A DNA stretch of 64,000 nucleotides from Thecamonas trahens ATCC 50062 (lineage: Eukaryota > Protista > Apusomonadida), in the NCBI RefSeq assembly GCF_000142905.1, contig NW_013657651.1, positions 124,001 through 188,000 of the forward strand. The letters are read 5' to 3'. The translations under genes and the position numbers were made by a program. Below are positions 10,822 to 23,510 of this stretch, piece by piece; position 1 is the first letter of the stretch; each line of letters opens with the position of its first letter. Below the pieces are notes generated by a model. The model saw nothing but the letters and a program-made list of their open reading frames with translations. It made no database searches and was not told the origin of the DNA.

Positions 10822-13800
10822 CTACGAGTACGACGCAGACGCCTCGTATGACTCGTTGTACGAGGAGTAGTCATCGTCGCTAGACGACGAGGCATCCCAG
10901 CGGGTCGAGCCTGACGACTCGGGGGTATCCGAGTACGTGTTGGTCCCGCCCGATGCTGAGATGGTGGCACCGGCAAAGTTGCCGGTATGTGCAGCGAGGG
11001 CCGCCTCGATGTGGCCGATAGTCTCGTCCGAGAGATCGCCCTTGGTGCGGCTGATGCGGAGCTTGCGGACGACGTCAATCTTTGTGGGGAAGAAGTTGAC
11101 CTGGACGTACTCGACGATAAAGCCCGGAAGGAGAGCAACAAAGGGGACGAGGATAAAGAGGAGCCAGGTGATAGGCGCGTCGAGGAACTCTGAAAGGCCA
11201 AAGTGGGTGCCCCACTCGGGGCGGGCGTGCTGGATGGCGGCAAAAACAACCAGAAGAGGATGGAGCCAAAGTAGATAATGGGCAGAGCCAGGTCCAGAAC
11301 TTGGTCATGATCATGACCTTGACGTTTGCGGCAATGATGATGCAGACGTAGACAAGGGCTCCAAAGTGGTGCAGGCCATCGAGGCGGCCTGACTCGTGCG
11401 GCGAGACGGCGTAGTACGCGGCCATTGGGAGGAAAAAGAGGATGAGCGACTGAAAGATGCCCTCGAAGAACCAGGCGACAAAGACGTGAAGGTTGAAGAG
11501 ACCGTCCTTCTGGCCAATGGTGTAAAGCTGTGGGAAAAGCTGCGAACCGCGCGAGTTGACGTCCTGGTCAAAGACCGCGAACAGCATGATTGGCAGGCCC
11601 GTAAAGGTGAGGTTGAAGAACGAGATGTGGGCGTCTGAGAGGAGGGTCTGACCCGACATACCGGCAAAGATGTTGAACCAGAGCTGGGTGAGGTTGAATG
11701 CAGCGTTCTTCTGGAACGAGTAGAGGATGAGCTTGACAACACGACGGTAGGACCAACGGCCGTGGACAAGGAGAAGCTTCTGGAGGAAGCGGAACTGGCC
11801 GACGGCATAGTCCGACGCGAGGACGGCCTGCATGCCTTCCTCACCGGCAATGCCGACGCCGACATGGGCCTCGGTGATCATCGACACGTCGTTGGCGCCG
11901 TCGCCAATGGCGAGCGTGACGTCGTTCTTGGCACGGGCGCGGACGAGGCCGACGACGTTCGCCTTTTGCAGCGGCGAGACGCGGCAGAAGATGACCGAGA
12001 CGCACATGAGGCCGAGCTCGTAGAGCAGGTCCTGGGTCTCTGGTGCTGAGAGAACAAAGGCCAGCGACTTGCCGTCCATGACTAGGGCGTTGTTCTTGTA
12101 GCGGCCGGCCTTGGCGTTGCGCTCGGGCGAGTACTTGCGGATGTACGACTTGAGCACGTCGTGAGTCTCCTCAAACGACGTAGTGTTGACCACAAGAATG
12201 TTCATCTCCTGGTCGAGGAGTGCACAGGCGTAGCCGATGTTGATGGCGGTTTCCTGCTTATCGCCGGTGAGGACCCAAATCTTGATCGAGGCATGCGCGA
12301 GGGTGGCGATGGTCCGTGGCACTCCGTCCTGCAGCTTGTCCTCGATGCCGGTGGCGCCGAGGAGGGTGAGGTCGGTCTCCATGTCCTGCGAGACTTCGGC
12401 AATGAGCTCATCGCGCTTGAGCACGTCGAGCGCGGCCTTGGTGTACCGCTTGTTCCACGCCTTGTACTCCGAGTCAGAGAGCTCACGGTAGGCGCAGGCG
12501 AGCGTCCGCAGGCCCTCTTCCGAAAAGGTGGTGAGGTGCGAGTCGGTTTTGCGGCCAACCTTGGCCTTGGCGTTGTTGACCAGCTTGTAGATGACCGAGT
12601 CGGCACCCTTGGTGAGGCACATGATCCGCGAGTCGGGCATGCGGACAATGACCGACATGCGCTTGCGGTCCGAGTCAAACTCGAGCACGTTGAGCACCTT
12701 GTACTTGCGCTTCTCGCCGCGAGCCAGAACCGTCAGGTTCGAGCCTGAGCGCGAGACCAGCCGGTAGTCGAAGAACTGCGCGGCGGCCTTGACCAGCGCA
12801 GCCTCGTCGGGGGAGGCGGCCTGGTAGCGGATGCCGCGGTAGACGTCTGACTTGTGGGCCTCCTCGGGCTTGGCCTTCCGCGGGTCGACCGTGTTGCACA
12901 CTGCAAGGAGTGTGACAAACAGGTCGATGTCCTCGCCGTGGTCGCCGCCCTTGTCAAGCGCCTTGAGCATGGTCGGGTCAAACTCCTCGCCGCTCTCTGA
13001 TGCGTACGAGGCGGGCGAGAGGGCGTAGCTCTGCGTCGACGCTGATGAGGCGCGACGGCTCGACTCGACGTCGGACGACCCGTAGCCCGAGTCATACGAC
13101 GACGAGTCCGAGTCAGACGAGGCCTCCTCCTGGAGCTCATGCCAGTCGAGCTGGGCGGCGTCCTTGCCCTCGGCGCGGAGCTGGGCGGCGCGTGCAGCCT
13201 CGGTGATGCCGGTACCGTACGAGACGCCGCCGATGGAGCACTTGATAAAGTCCATACGGTTCTGGGTCAGAGTTCCGGTCTTGTCTGAAACACGTACTTG
13301 ACCTGGCCGAGCTCTTCGGTGAGGTTGGAGGTCCGGGCGCGAGCCGGCTTGGAGGTTGGCTCGTAGTACATGTCCTTGTCGACGTTGATCTGCAGCGACT
13401 GCACCACCTTGACCATCTCGACCGAGACGTAGAGCGAGATGGGGATGAGAGCCGAGAGAAGAATAAAAAGGTGAAGAACGACTTGAAGCCGTAGAACGCC
13501 GAGTCGTCGTCGGGTGCGAGGCCGAGGTACGGATGGTCCTTGGCCACAGCCTCTTGCCACAGACCAGCGGCGGTGGCCGAGCCAAAGACAACCAGAAACT
13601 CAAAGATCATGATGACGACCAGGTACTTGGACATGAGGCGGTCGACGCGCGAGCGCTTGGTCTTGGTCTTGGTCGCGTTCATCATGAGCTTGGTCTCGTG
13701 CCCGGTGTACACAACAAGGCCGATGACCCACTGGGTGCCCTTGAGCATCGAGCCGCGGAGAAGAACCTCCTTGGCGGTGACTGGGATGGACGTTGCCTTC

Positions 13801-14668
13801 TTGGCCTTGGGCGCCTTGTACTCGAACGAGCCGTTGAAGGCGTACAACCGGTTGTTGGGCAGCTCATAGTGGAGTGAACCGCGCATCTTGGAGAGCTTGC
13901 GCAGGTCGTCGCCGAGCTCTTGGCACTTTTCGACCGCCTTCTTGGGCTTGAGGTTTGACTCGCCGTCGAGGTTGCGCGTCTCGACCGTGCACGAGCCGTC
14001 GTCGGTCGAGGTGACCAGGGCGAGCAGGTCGGCAGGGAGAAAGCCGCCATCCTCGACGAGCACAATGTCGCCGGGCATGACGTTGATCCACTCTTCCTCG
14101 TACCACTCGTGGGTGTCGGTGTTGAGGACGAAAGCGATGCGGTGGTTGATCTCGTTGTCCTGCCGATGGCGAAAGTAGTCCTCGACGGCCTCGCGGATCA
14201 TCGAAGTGGTGATGACAAAGACAAGCGGCATGAACGACGACCACGGATGGACGGGCGAGATGGTGGGGATGAGCGTGAGACAGGCCATGACCAGAAAGTA
14301 CGCGTTGGCGAGCTTGGAGAACTGCTCGTAGAGGGTGATAAACACAAAGTTCCACATCGTGTAGTGCGACGTCCGAATCTTGTTGTTCGGGTACTCGAAC
14401 TGCGCATTGCGCTCGCGGTCGTTGATGAACAGCGCCCGCGAGTCTTCCGATTCAGTCGTCGTAGCAGCCGAAGTAGCCTGTGGAAGGAAAGGGGGGGTGT
14501 GTGAGTGCGAAAAAGTGGGCAGCACCCGCAGCGGGTAGCAGCTGCGGGGGCGGGGGGAGGAACCGACTGGAGCGAGGTGGGGGGAGCTGGGTGGGATGGG
14601 GGTGGTGGACATACAGTGGTGCTGTAGGCGTCGTAGCCCGACCAGCCCCCAGAGTAAGAGCGCGGCAT
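10822..14668 (-). CDS. P4-type phospholipid-transporting ATPase (flippase alpha subunit); exons 14668-14615 and 14477-10822, with 4 apparent 1-nt frameshifts
   Basis: Motifs [17 protein letters not shown], (S)[42 protein letters not shown] and [12 protein letters not shown] are spread over several ORFs joined by frameshifts at about 13467, 13289, 11281 and 11245. Intron runs GTATGT...CACAG. Confidence 0.93.
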
Positions 14669-14999
14669 AGTGGGGAAGGGGGTGGGTGGGTGGGGGAGGG
14701 GGAAGGGGGAGTGCGGTGCAGGGCAGAGTGATCGATGGCTATGTTCGGTTTCGGTTCCAGGCGTGGGTTTGGGTAGGCCAGGCGAGGGGGGTGGGGTGGG
14801 GGGGGGGGGGTTATGGGGCGTGGACTGCACACTATTGTCAAAACTGGAAGACGCTGTGAGGCAGTGAGTGGGTTGTTGCGAGGCTATTGTAACGATGTTG
14901 CGCGGCTTTCGTGCGGCTGCAGGCGAGGGAGGGAGAGAGGGATCGGATCCAGGTGCTGGCGGGCCTTGGGCGGCGACAACAGGAGGAGGAGGGGGGGGA

Positions 15000-17534
15000 C
15001 TACTCAGAGGTGCGACCCGGGAGATCAACCTCGTCAACATAGCCCGCAGGCCGCATCGAGTCCAGCAGGGTATCGTCATCAACGTCCTCGACGTCGGGGA
15101 AGACTTCCGAGTCGAGCCAGTGGGTGTAGGAGGCGGCAAAGGATGTGGGCTCAAAGTAGAGCGATTCGAGCTCCGAGTTGGTGCGGAGGCGGCCGTCATG
15201 GGCGTGGACATAGTGGGCATGAAGCGGCGAGGGAGTGGGGTTATGGAAGCGGTCAAACTCGTGGTAGTTGCGCTGGTTGAAGACGGCGATGGCCTTGCGG
15301 AGGAGAAAGTCGCGGTCCTGATCTGCGGCGGCTTGTTCGGCAGGAGTCAGACCCTGCGGGGCGAGGATGCCCATGCCAAACGGGGTTGACGCATCTGTGG
15401 CGTTGTCGGAATCTTGGACGGCTGCGGCTGCGGCTGCAGCTGCGGCGACAACGTCGGACGACTGCATGCCAACCGAGAGGGTCCAGGGCGCGGCGAGGGC
15501 GATGCCGGTGGTGGCGATGCCGGCGTCGGGGTAGAGCCACGAGGTGTCGAGGTCAGGCGGGAGAAGGAGGTAGATCATGGTGATGATCTTGGTATTGGAC
15601 GAGCGCCACTTTTTGCCGAGGAACTTGAGCTGGCGCTTGAGGAGGGCGAGGGTGAGGATCTTTGTCGGCTGGTGGAGGATCTTGAGGATGCGCTTGAGGA
15701 TAGCAGGCGCTTTGTAGCGGACAAGTTGGCGAATGCGGACCGGGTTGTTGCGGGTGAGCATGGAGAGCATGGTGATAAAGTTGAGCGACGAGGCAAAGTT
15801 TCGCCATGAGACGGTGCCGGGCTGAGCGGCGGCGGCAGCAGTGTCCGGGTCGTCGACCGGCGGATTGAGCGGTGCAAAGGCCTCGAGGTCCGGCAGGTCG
15901 TTGCGGGTGGTGATAAACTCGTTGACGTCCTGGTTGAGGAACTTAAGGAGAAGAAGGATGCAGTTGGCGTCGACAAGGAGCAAGGCCATGTACTCAAACT
16001 GGTAGGTATGCGAGACGGCGGCGTGGTCAAGGAGGAGCTTGAAGACGAACGAGACTGCCTTGACCACAATTTCCTTGTGGCGGGTGAGATCCATGCTCGC
16101 CGTGGCCGACTGCATGAGCGAGGCGCCCCGGCGGCGCCAGGCGCCACAGGCGCGAGCTCCGAGGTGAGGCAGATGGTGCCGGCGTAGTTCTTAACCGTCG
16201 GCGCGGCAGCGAGGACAATCTTGAGCAGAATGATGACGTAGCGCGACATGTTGGGCAGGAGCTCGCGGTAGAGCTCCTCCATGCGGTTCCGATGCCGCGG
16301 CGGAAGGATGGCGCGCGGGACAAAGTCGGGCGGCGGTAATGGAAGCGGGTCGTCGGGGGTCGGGCCGAGTTCGACGGCGGCGAGCTCGAGGTCGCGGACG
16401 GTCGGGGCGGTCGCGGCCTTGAGGAGCTCGGCGGCCTCGGCATGGGCTCGTGGAAGGCCGTTGGGCCACTTGTCTGAGAGCCAGCGGAAGCGCGAGGCGA
16501 CAGCAGCCTCAAACTCGTCACGGAGATCGGGACTCACCCGCGGGCCGTCGACGACGCCGAGCTTGGCGGCCTTGGCAGCCTTGGCGGTGGCGACGGCGTC
16601 GGCTCCGCCAAGTGTAGCTAACAGCGTCTTCCACAGCAGAAGCAGGATCTTCTTGATGGGATACAGCCGCCCAAAGGCGTCGTTAAAGACCGAAATCATG
16701 CCAAAGAGCACAATGGCAAGCGATTTGCCATCAAACCGCGGGCGGGCAAGCTCGGCGCAGAAGGACGGTGAGCCCTTGTTATGCTGGACGAGCGCGTAGA
16801 GACAGTTGAGGCAGAGCCGCATGTCGTAGTCGGCGAGAATGCCCGAGGCGACCGGCGGCGGCAGTTCCGGCTCCAGCGCGGGTAGCGCTGGGCCCGCGTC
16901 GGCGGGCGCTGCGTCGGCGCCGGCCGCCGCCATCGCCTTGGTGTGCGCCCGGGTCGCCACCAGCAACGCCTGGACAAGAAGGGGCAGGCCGCCGGTCTCG
17001 TAGACGGCGGCGGCAGCGGCGGCGGCGGCAGCAAGCCGCTCGGCGGGCGAGCCGAGATCGCCGCGGCTTCCGCCATGGAGCACGTGCAGTAGGACCTCTG
17101 CAGCCTCGCGACGAACAGTTGTGTCTGCGACCTCAAGTGCGTCTAGAGCCGAGACAACAAGCTCGTGTTGTGCGAGAGCATCGGCATGGATCCACGGGCC
17201 GTCGATGCCGACGCTTGCAGCAAACGAGGCATACACGTCGGCCATGCGGGCGAGCTCAGCATTTTCCGCATACGAGTAGAACTCGGAGAGCTCGCGGTCG
17301 GGCGCGTCTTCCTCGGCATACTCGAAGCGAAGTTCAGTCGGCTGTGAGGAAAAGGTGAGGGGAGGAAGGGTGAGTGTGTGTGTGTGTGCGTGTGGGAGGG
17401 GGGAAGGGGGGTGTGCGGTGGTGGCTTACAGGTGGGGGCTCGGGAAGCCCGACTGCCGCCCTCCGTGCCGATTCGAGGGAGGATAGCTCGTTTTCGGACA
17501 TGGCGGAGAGGCCGCGTGTCCGTTTACGGACCAT
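15000..17534 (-). CDS. STRIP1/2 (FAM40/Far11) STRIPAK subunit; intron at about 17429-17343; frameshift at about 16127
   Basis: LRFEYAEED...ELSEFYSYAE (N1221-like), YPIKKILLLLWKTLL, LLPNMSRYVIILLKIVLAAAP, RHKEIVVKAVS, LVRYKAPAILKR, KFLGKKWRSSN. Confidence 0.9.
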
Positions 17535-17933
17535 GTGTGTGTGCGGGGAGGGGGGGGAGGGGTGTGCGAATGAGTGCAGTGGTGGGGCGTGGTTTGTCGG
17601 AGGGGGGGGGGGGGGGGGGCAGGGGGCGGGTGGTGGACGGGTAGTGGATGGCGGGTGGGGGGTGGGTACAATTTTTTGTTTCCCCAGAATACACGGTCAG
17701 CTAGTGGCAGCAAGCAAACAAAATTATTCGCGGTGCTTATTGGAGAGTGAAAAACCCGGCGGTGGGGGAGCCAAGTCGCGAGGTCTCGTCACCCTTGTTG
17801 GCGGTGAGGGTGATAGTAGGTGGGGGGCAGAGAGAGTGGATGTCGGCAGGAAAGCGGGCACACTTGACACCGTGGGTGTGGGAGTGCCAGCCGTTGTTTG
17901 TACGCTTGGCACTACCAGCCACCCACGTGTTGC

Positions 17934-19508
17934 ATGAGCACCATTGACGAGAGCGTCGAGGCGGGTGCGAGCAATGCGGCGGTAGGGCGCGTGCCAGAAG
18001 GCGTCGCCAGTCATCCTGGGACCGTTGCGCCGGGTGGGTCGGGCGTGCGGCGTATGTCAGCGAACACCAACCACGGCGGCGAGCCGGAGGGGCAGAATGG
18101 CGCAGCAGCGGTGCCAGCCGCCAACAACGGACGCGGGAAACGAGGACGGCAAGATGCGCACTCGGCGCAGGGCAAAGGGCGGCGGAAGGCCCGTGGCCGG
18201 CGACGTGGCTCCGCTCGGCAGATAGGCTTGAGCCGGGCTGGCCGAGTTATTCCAGGGTTGGCCAACACCTCCGGAGGTCAAACCGGGCCTGCGCGGAAGA
18301 AGGCCAAGGTCGGGAGCAAAGGCGCAGCCAAGGTTACGGATGTTGAAGCTGACAACGAGTCGGATGACGACGAATCGGGCGACGGCGATGGTGATGCTGA
18401 GGGTGACGGTGACGGTGACGGTGTTGGTGACGGTGACGGTGATGGCGACGACGGCGAAGGTAATCACAGTGAGCCGCAGTCGTCGGCGACGGCATCGCCG
18501 AGCAAGGCAAGCAAGGCAAAGAGCTCGGCGAGCCGCAAGATTGCCATCCGGTACATTGAGAACAAGAACAAGCGACACATTTCGTTCTTCAAGCGCAAAC
18601 GCGGCATCATGAAGAAGGCGCTCGAGCTGGCGACGCTGACCGGCTCGCAGGTCATGCTCGTCATTGCATCAGAGACTGGCCACTTGTACACATATGCCAC
18701 GCCCAAGCTCCAGCCGCTGGTAACCGAGCACCACAATCTCATTGCACAACTGTTGATGGCGCCGGACCCGCAGAGCTCAGTCGGCCCGGCACAGATCCCT
18801 TCAGTCGACTCGGGCGCGCCATCGCTGACGCCACCACCGCCGCGGGCGCATGCTTCCCGCATCAAGCGCTCACCCATGGGCCTCAATTGGACGCCGCCGT
18901 CGGCGGCAGGCGCATCGGCCACGGGTGCGGCGCCGTCGGCAGTATCGACAACAGCGACGTCGGCATCGGCTGGCAACAGCAACGGCGGCGGCTGTAGCCT
19001 GAGCAGCGGAAGCGGAAATGGCATTGACCACGGTTCTGACACCGGCAACGGCAAGACCATCAACCACGGCTCTGGCGCGGGCAGCGGTGGCGGCGGCGGC
19101 GGCGGTGGACCACCACCCGGCTCGTCTGTCAACGGCAACGGCAATGGAGCTACCGCCGGGTTGGCGCCAGCGGGGGTTGTTCCAAGTGAGCAGCAAGCAA
19201 TGCGAGCGCTGGCTCAGGCTCAGGCCCAAGCACAGGCTCAGGCTCAGGCTCAGGCTCAGGTGCAGGCGCAGGCAATGGCCCGCGATCCGAACATGTTTTT
19301 CTACACTCACCCCGGTATGTGGCCGCACGTGTCGGCTCAGCCTGGAGCGCCTGGCGTCTTTCCGGGCCTTACCGCGGGCCATGTCGCGGCGCACGGCCGG
19401 GGCACCCCGTCTCAGGCTCAGCCCGGGTCTCGCTACCCTGGCGGGGCTCAGGGCACGCCTGCGCCTACCATTTCAGGAAATGGGGCAAGCATCAGTCATC
19501 CCAGATAG
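17934..19508 (+). CDS. SRF/MCM1-type (type I) MADS-box transcription factor; start at 17934 or 18054
   Basis: KIAIRYIENKNKRHISFFKRKRGIMKKALELATLTGSQVMLVIASETGHLYTYATPKLQP at about 18537-18720, plus acidic/GD and (QA)n low-complexity regions. Confidence 0.9.
   Translation: MSTIDESVEAGASNAAVGRVPEGVASHPGTVAPGGSGVRRMSANTNHGGEPEGQNGAAAVPAANNGRGKRGRQDAHSAQGKGRRKARGRRRGSARQIGLSRAGRVIPGLANTSGGQTGPARKKAKVGSKGAAKVTDVEADNESDDDESGDGDGDAEGDGDGDGVGDGDGDGDDGEGNHSEPQSSATASPSKASKAKSSASRKIAIRYIENKNKRHISFFKRKRGIMKKALELATLTGSQVMLVIASETGHLYTYATPKLQPLVTEHHNLIAQLLMAPDPQSSVGPAQIPSVDSGAPSLTPPPPRAHASRIKRSPMGLNWTPPSAAGASATGAAPSAVSTTATSASAGNSNGGGCSLSSGSGNGIDHGSDTGNGKTINHGSGAGSGGGGGGGGPPPGSSVNGNGNGATAGLAPAGVVPSEQQAMRALAQAQAQAQAQAQAQAQVQAQAMARDPNMFFYTHPGMWPHVSAQPGAPGVFPGLTAGHVAAHGRGTPSQAQPGSRYPGGAQGTPAPTISGNGASISHPR
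19211..19275 (+). repeat. GCTCAG hexamer repeat encoding (AQ)n
   Basis: Directly visible in the sequence. Confidence 0.85.
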
Positions 19509-20046
19509 TGGGGCCGCTGTCGGCCCCCTCGCCCCCGTGTTGGGGACTGCAAGGGTTGTTGCTTGCACCAATGCCTCACTTACTTGCCCGTACCTCCATC
19601 CGGCCACCTGTTCCCGCTGCAATTGCCATCGCCTCCCATGCGTCTCACTGCTTTTGAGGTGCATACTTTTGTGATGGCTCACTGCACCCGCTGCTGTTTC
19701 AAGTTGAGACGGCAACGAACTTGCGGGGCTGGAAGGTGGCCTTGTAATGGAGATGCGGGCATGTACCTATTTCGATTTACGATGGCATGACGTAGCAGCA
19801 ACCATCAAACAAAGCACGCAGTGTTGACCGGGCGGCTCGGTGTATGGGGGTTCGTCACCTTGTGCAGCGATCATCACACGTGTGGAGGAGCCAATTGATG
19901 GCAGTTGGGCGAGTGGGCGGCGAGCGAGCGGGTGGGTGGTCAGCGGGCCGGTTGGGCCAGGCGGCGAGCAACGACGGACGGGCGGGCGACCAGTACCCGT
20001 CTTGCTGGCTGGTGGGTGTGTGTGGCGAAACCGTGTTCCTCACACC

Positions 20047-20941
20047 ATGGCGACAGAGGACGTGGACGATTACCACGAGCAGCTGGTGGAAAAGTGTGCA
20101 GACATTGAGCATGCCATTGCCAACCTGGGCACCAACCCGGACATGACATTGGAGGAGGTATGTCTGGCGTGTGTGTGTGTGGTGGTGGTGGTGGGGTGGG
20201 GGGGGGTGGGGGGGGGGGGGGGGGGGGGAAGGGGGGGTGCGGTGGGGCGGGTGACCTAACCGAGAGACTGTGGCGGCATGGCGGCGGGCCGTGGGCCGTG
20301 GGGGCATGGTGGCACGTGGCGCGTGGCGGCATGGGGTACGGAATGGGCTGCGGCAGGAGATTGGCGAGGTGAAGCAGGACCTCAAATGGGCTAAGCAGCT
20401 GATGATGTCGTACCGGGTGGAGCTTCGCGACCTGACGACGGTCCAGCAGGCGACGTACCGGCAGAAGACCAAGGCGCACACACAGCGGCTGCAGCAGCTG
20501 CAGGTCGATCTCAACATGGCGGTGAAGGAGGCCAAGCGGCAGGCGCTGTTGCCTGCTGCCGGCGAGGAGGGCGTGGAGCTGGGCACCCGCGAGACGCTGT
20601 CACAGGCAGAGGCGCTGCAGGGCCAGTCGCAAGCCTCGGTCGCCCGCTCGAGGGCTATGGTTGAGGACACCATCGAGGTGGCGGCATCAACAGCAACCAC
20701 CCTGCAGGGCCAGACCGAGCAGCTGGGCCGCATCCACGCAGGCGTCGAGGAGGTCGAGTCCAACATGAAGCGCGCTGACCGCCAGCTGCGCATCTTTGCC
20801 CGCCGCATGATGACCGACAAGATCATCCTCTGCCTCATCTTTTGCATCGTCGTCGCCTTTATCATGGTCATCATCTACTCGAGCATCAAGGGCCGCAACG
20901 ACAAGGAGACGTCGGCGCCTGATGAGTTCAAGCCGCAGTAA
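20047..20941 (+). CDS. Qb-SNARE, NPSN-like; exons 20047-20157 and 20357-20941
   Basis: Phase-0 intron GTATGT...GGCAG. Habc-like N-terminus, SNARE motif TATTLQGQTEQL, then RRMMTDKIILCLIFCIVVAFI (TDK followed by a TM helix, as in NPSN). Confidence 0.8.
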
Positions 20942-21022
20942 AAGCCGAGTTGCCCGTGTCGTCGTAGCCCTCCCTCCCCAAGCCATACTCGTCTTGAACG
21001 TCGTCGACAACCACCAGCAGCC

Positions 21023-21756
21023 ATGCTCAAGCGCGAGAGGTCGCCCGAGGGTGGTGAAGCCGGGGCTGGAGCTGGGCATGCGGCGGCGGGCGCGGTCGGC
21101 GAGGTGGGCTTGTCGGGCGCGGCGGGCGCGGTCNNNNNNNNNNNNNNNNNNNNNNNNNNNNNNNNNNNNNNNNNNNNNNNNNNNNNNNNNNNNNNNNNNN
21201 NNNNNNNNNNNNNNNNNNNNNNNNNNNNNNNNNAGGCGGCCGACGGCGGGGCGGAAAGGCGGCGGCGGCGGCGGCGGCGGCGCTGCCGGCAGGATTCTTT
21301 GACTCGGCGTCGGCGCAAGCAGTGGCGACGGGGGTGGCGACGAGCGTCGAAGCCGCCAAGAACGCCACCCTCGCCCAGTTTGTGGCCGACGTCGGTGCTG
21401 ATGTCCGCTCCGAGGCTGAGCGGGTGGCCGCCAAGGACGCCGCTCGTGCTGCCCGCCATGCCTCCGAGGAGGCTGCTCTCGCCTCGGGCCTCTCTGCCCG
21501 CCTCGCCCAGCTCAAGGGTCAGTACGGCGGCGGCCTCGGCGTCTCGCTTGACATCCTACAGGCCGCACGGGGCGCCACTGCCTCTTCCGCTGGCGCCGCC
21601 ACCACCGCCACAGAGCCCACAGACGCCACTGTACACGGCGCCGCGGGCGCTCCTGCGGCAGTTGCTGCGGACTCGGACGACTCGGACGATTCGGACGACG
21701 AGCTCGATCTGGGGAGCTTGACGCGGAACTGGCGGTCCAAGACAGCCGGCGCGTGA
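21023..21756 (+). CDS. ZNF830/CCDC16-like spliceosomal protein (spans an N-gap)
   Basis: ALPAGFFD motif at about 21280-21303, coiled-coil segment, and acidic tail DSDDSDDSDDE...NWRSK resembling the ZNF830 LPEGFFD and DWRxK motifs. Confidence 0.6.
21134..21233. other. Assembly gap (100 N)
   Basis: Run of N. Confidence 1.
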
Positions 21757-21779
21757 TTCATTTCCTTGCCGGCGCAAGG

Positions 21780-23510
21780 CTACAGCGGCTCCCACTCGGC
21801 CATGTCCGGGTCGACGAGTGCGTCAGCGTCAGCGCCACCGGCAGCCATGACCCACGCGTCCTCCGCTGCTGCTGCTGCGGCGGCGGCCGGACTCTGCGGC
21901 TTGCTAGGCGGCGACGACGACATCGGCGAGAGCGGGGTCGTCGAAAAGTCAACAAACTGATCCTGGATGGAGAAGAGCGGCGGCACGTCAAGCGCCGCGC
22001 ATCGGGCATAAAAGTTGTCTAGCTCGGCTTGCGACGCGCAGTAGAACGCGAGCGCGAGCGTTGGATCAAGTCGCGAGAAATGCAGCCGCCGAACAGGCGG
22101 GGCGTGGTATGAGGTTGCGTCGATCGACGGCGAGAGCGTGACGTCAACGCACGCCTGCGTCACGTGTGGATCCAGGTACAGCGCGTACTCGCCCTGGACG
22201 CCACAAAGTAAAACGCCGAGTTGGGGCGTCCGCCCATCATGCCGCGCGATTGTGGAAAGGCGAGCAGCGCTTGCAGCGACGGATAGTACAGCGGGTTGAC
22301 AGCGTCGATACCGAGCCGGAGTGGCACAAGGATGAGAAGTGGGAGAAAGCCCGCGGCCTCGCTGGGTGCGTCGTTGTCGCTGCATGACGCCGCTGCCTGG
22401 GTGCCACTGCTGCGAGATGGGAGCTCGTCCCACGGCTCGACCATAGGCACGCCAAGCACGTCCCATGCAGCACCGAGACCAAGTGTGCTGCGATCGAGAG
22501 GAACAACACGGACGGTGCGCGAGCGAGTTGGCTCGGCACTCCGGGTCAAAGGTGGGCGCGAGCGGAGCGGGCGGACGTCGAGCGCGTCGGGCGGGAGCGC
22601 CACACGGCGCACCCGCTTGGTCTGGATGGTCACGCCATCGGCAACTTCAGCATCAAACTCCTCAAACGGATAGCGCGGCCTGCGATGCGGCGTGCTGGCG
22701 TCACGGATGCGGTCGCGGAAGAGGGTCGAGTCCGATGCGACGTAGACCGCGAGACGCGGGGTGTGGAGGCCAACAAGCTCGGCGATGACAAGTGCGGTGG
22801 TATGCGGACCAAACCAACAACCAAGGCTGATGTCATGGCGGAGAGCGCCGAGCTGGGCCATGTGGTGGATGGCGTAGGGCGCAGACGGACGGTCGACGTC
22901 GGCGAACCACGAGAGGATGCGGCGGTAGAGGCGGGTGTCGCGGGACGAGGCCTTGCGGCCTTGCCCCGGCGAGGCGAGACGCCAGGATGGGCCCAGCAAG
23001 TGACCGACCAGCACATTGGCCAGCAGCATCTGGCCCGAGCGAAGCATACAGCCCCACCCGGTGTCGCTGGTCAGGAGTGATGGTTCGATGGCCGCAAAGT
23101 CTGCTCGATACGTGCACCACACCAGCGATGCCAGATGCGCCAACAGCTCGGCCTCGACCGGCGCAGCCTCGACGTGCGGGACGGCGAGAGCGGCAGCCAG
23201 CGCCGGCAGCGGTGCAGCTGATGCGGACCCGACGACGCCAGGTGCACAGACAGCGCCGAGTGCGGCGTTGCTGATGCAGCCGACGAAGCCGACAAAGCCG
23301 ACGACGTCGACGAGGCAGCGGCCGGGACCGACGACGAGCTAATGGGTGTTGTGAGGACCGAGGCCCCGAGGCCGTCGTAGCGGCGGCCGAGAACGTGGAC
23401 GGCACCGGCGGCTACAGCAACGGTGCCATCGTCGGGCCCGACGAGGAGCGAGCGGACCGAGGCGTAGAGGTACGAGGCGGCCGCCTGCGACGGCGAGCCC
23501 GCGGTCGTGT
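21780..23510 (-). CDS. ATG4: ATG4 cysteine protease (peptidase C54); first exon upstream and unresolved; frameshifts at about 23229 and 22201
   Basis: VHVLGRRY, WCTYR, SDTGWGCMLRSGQMLLA (catalytic Cys), GCWFGP, LVPLRLG, GGRPNSAFYF, YLDPH (catalytic Asp/His), LDPTLALAFYC, and C-terminal WEPL. Confidence 0.93.

Noticed and set aside
10822-14668. P4-ATPase (and STRIP, ATG4, CT, MFS, CDC50) as pseudogenes
   Set aside because: All motifs are intact, there are no in-frame stops, and each break is a single missing base in a homopolymer. Sequencing error is far more parsimonious.
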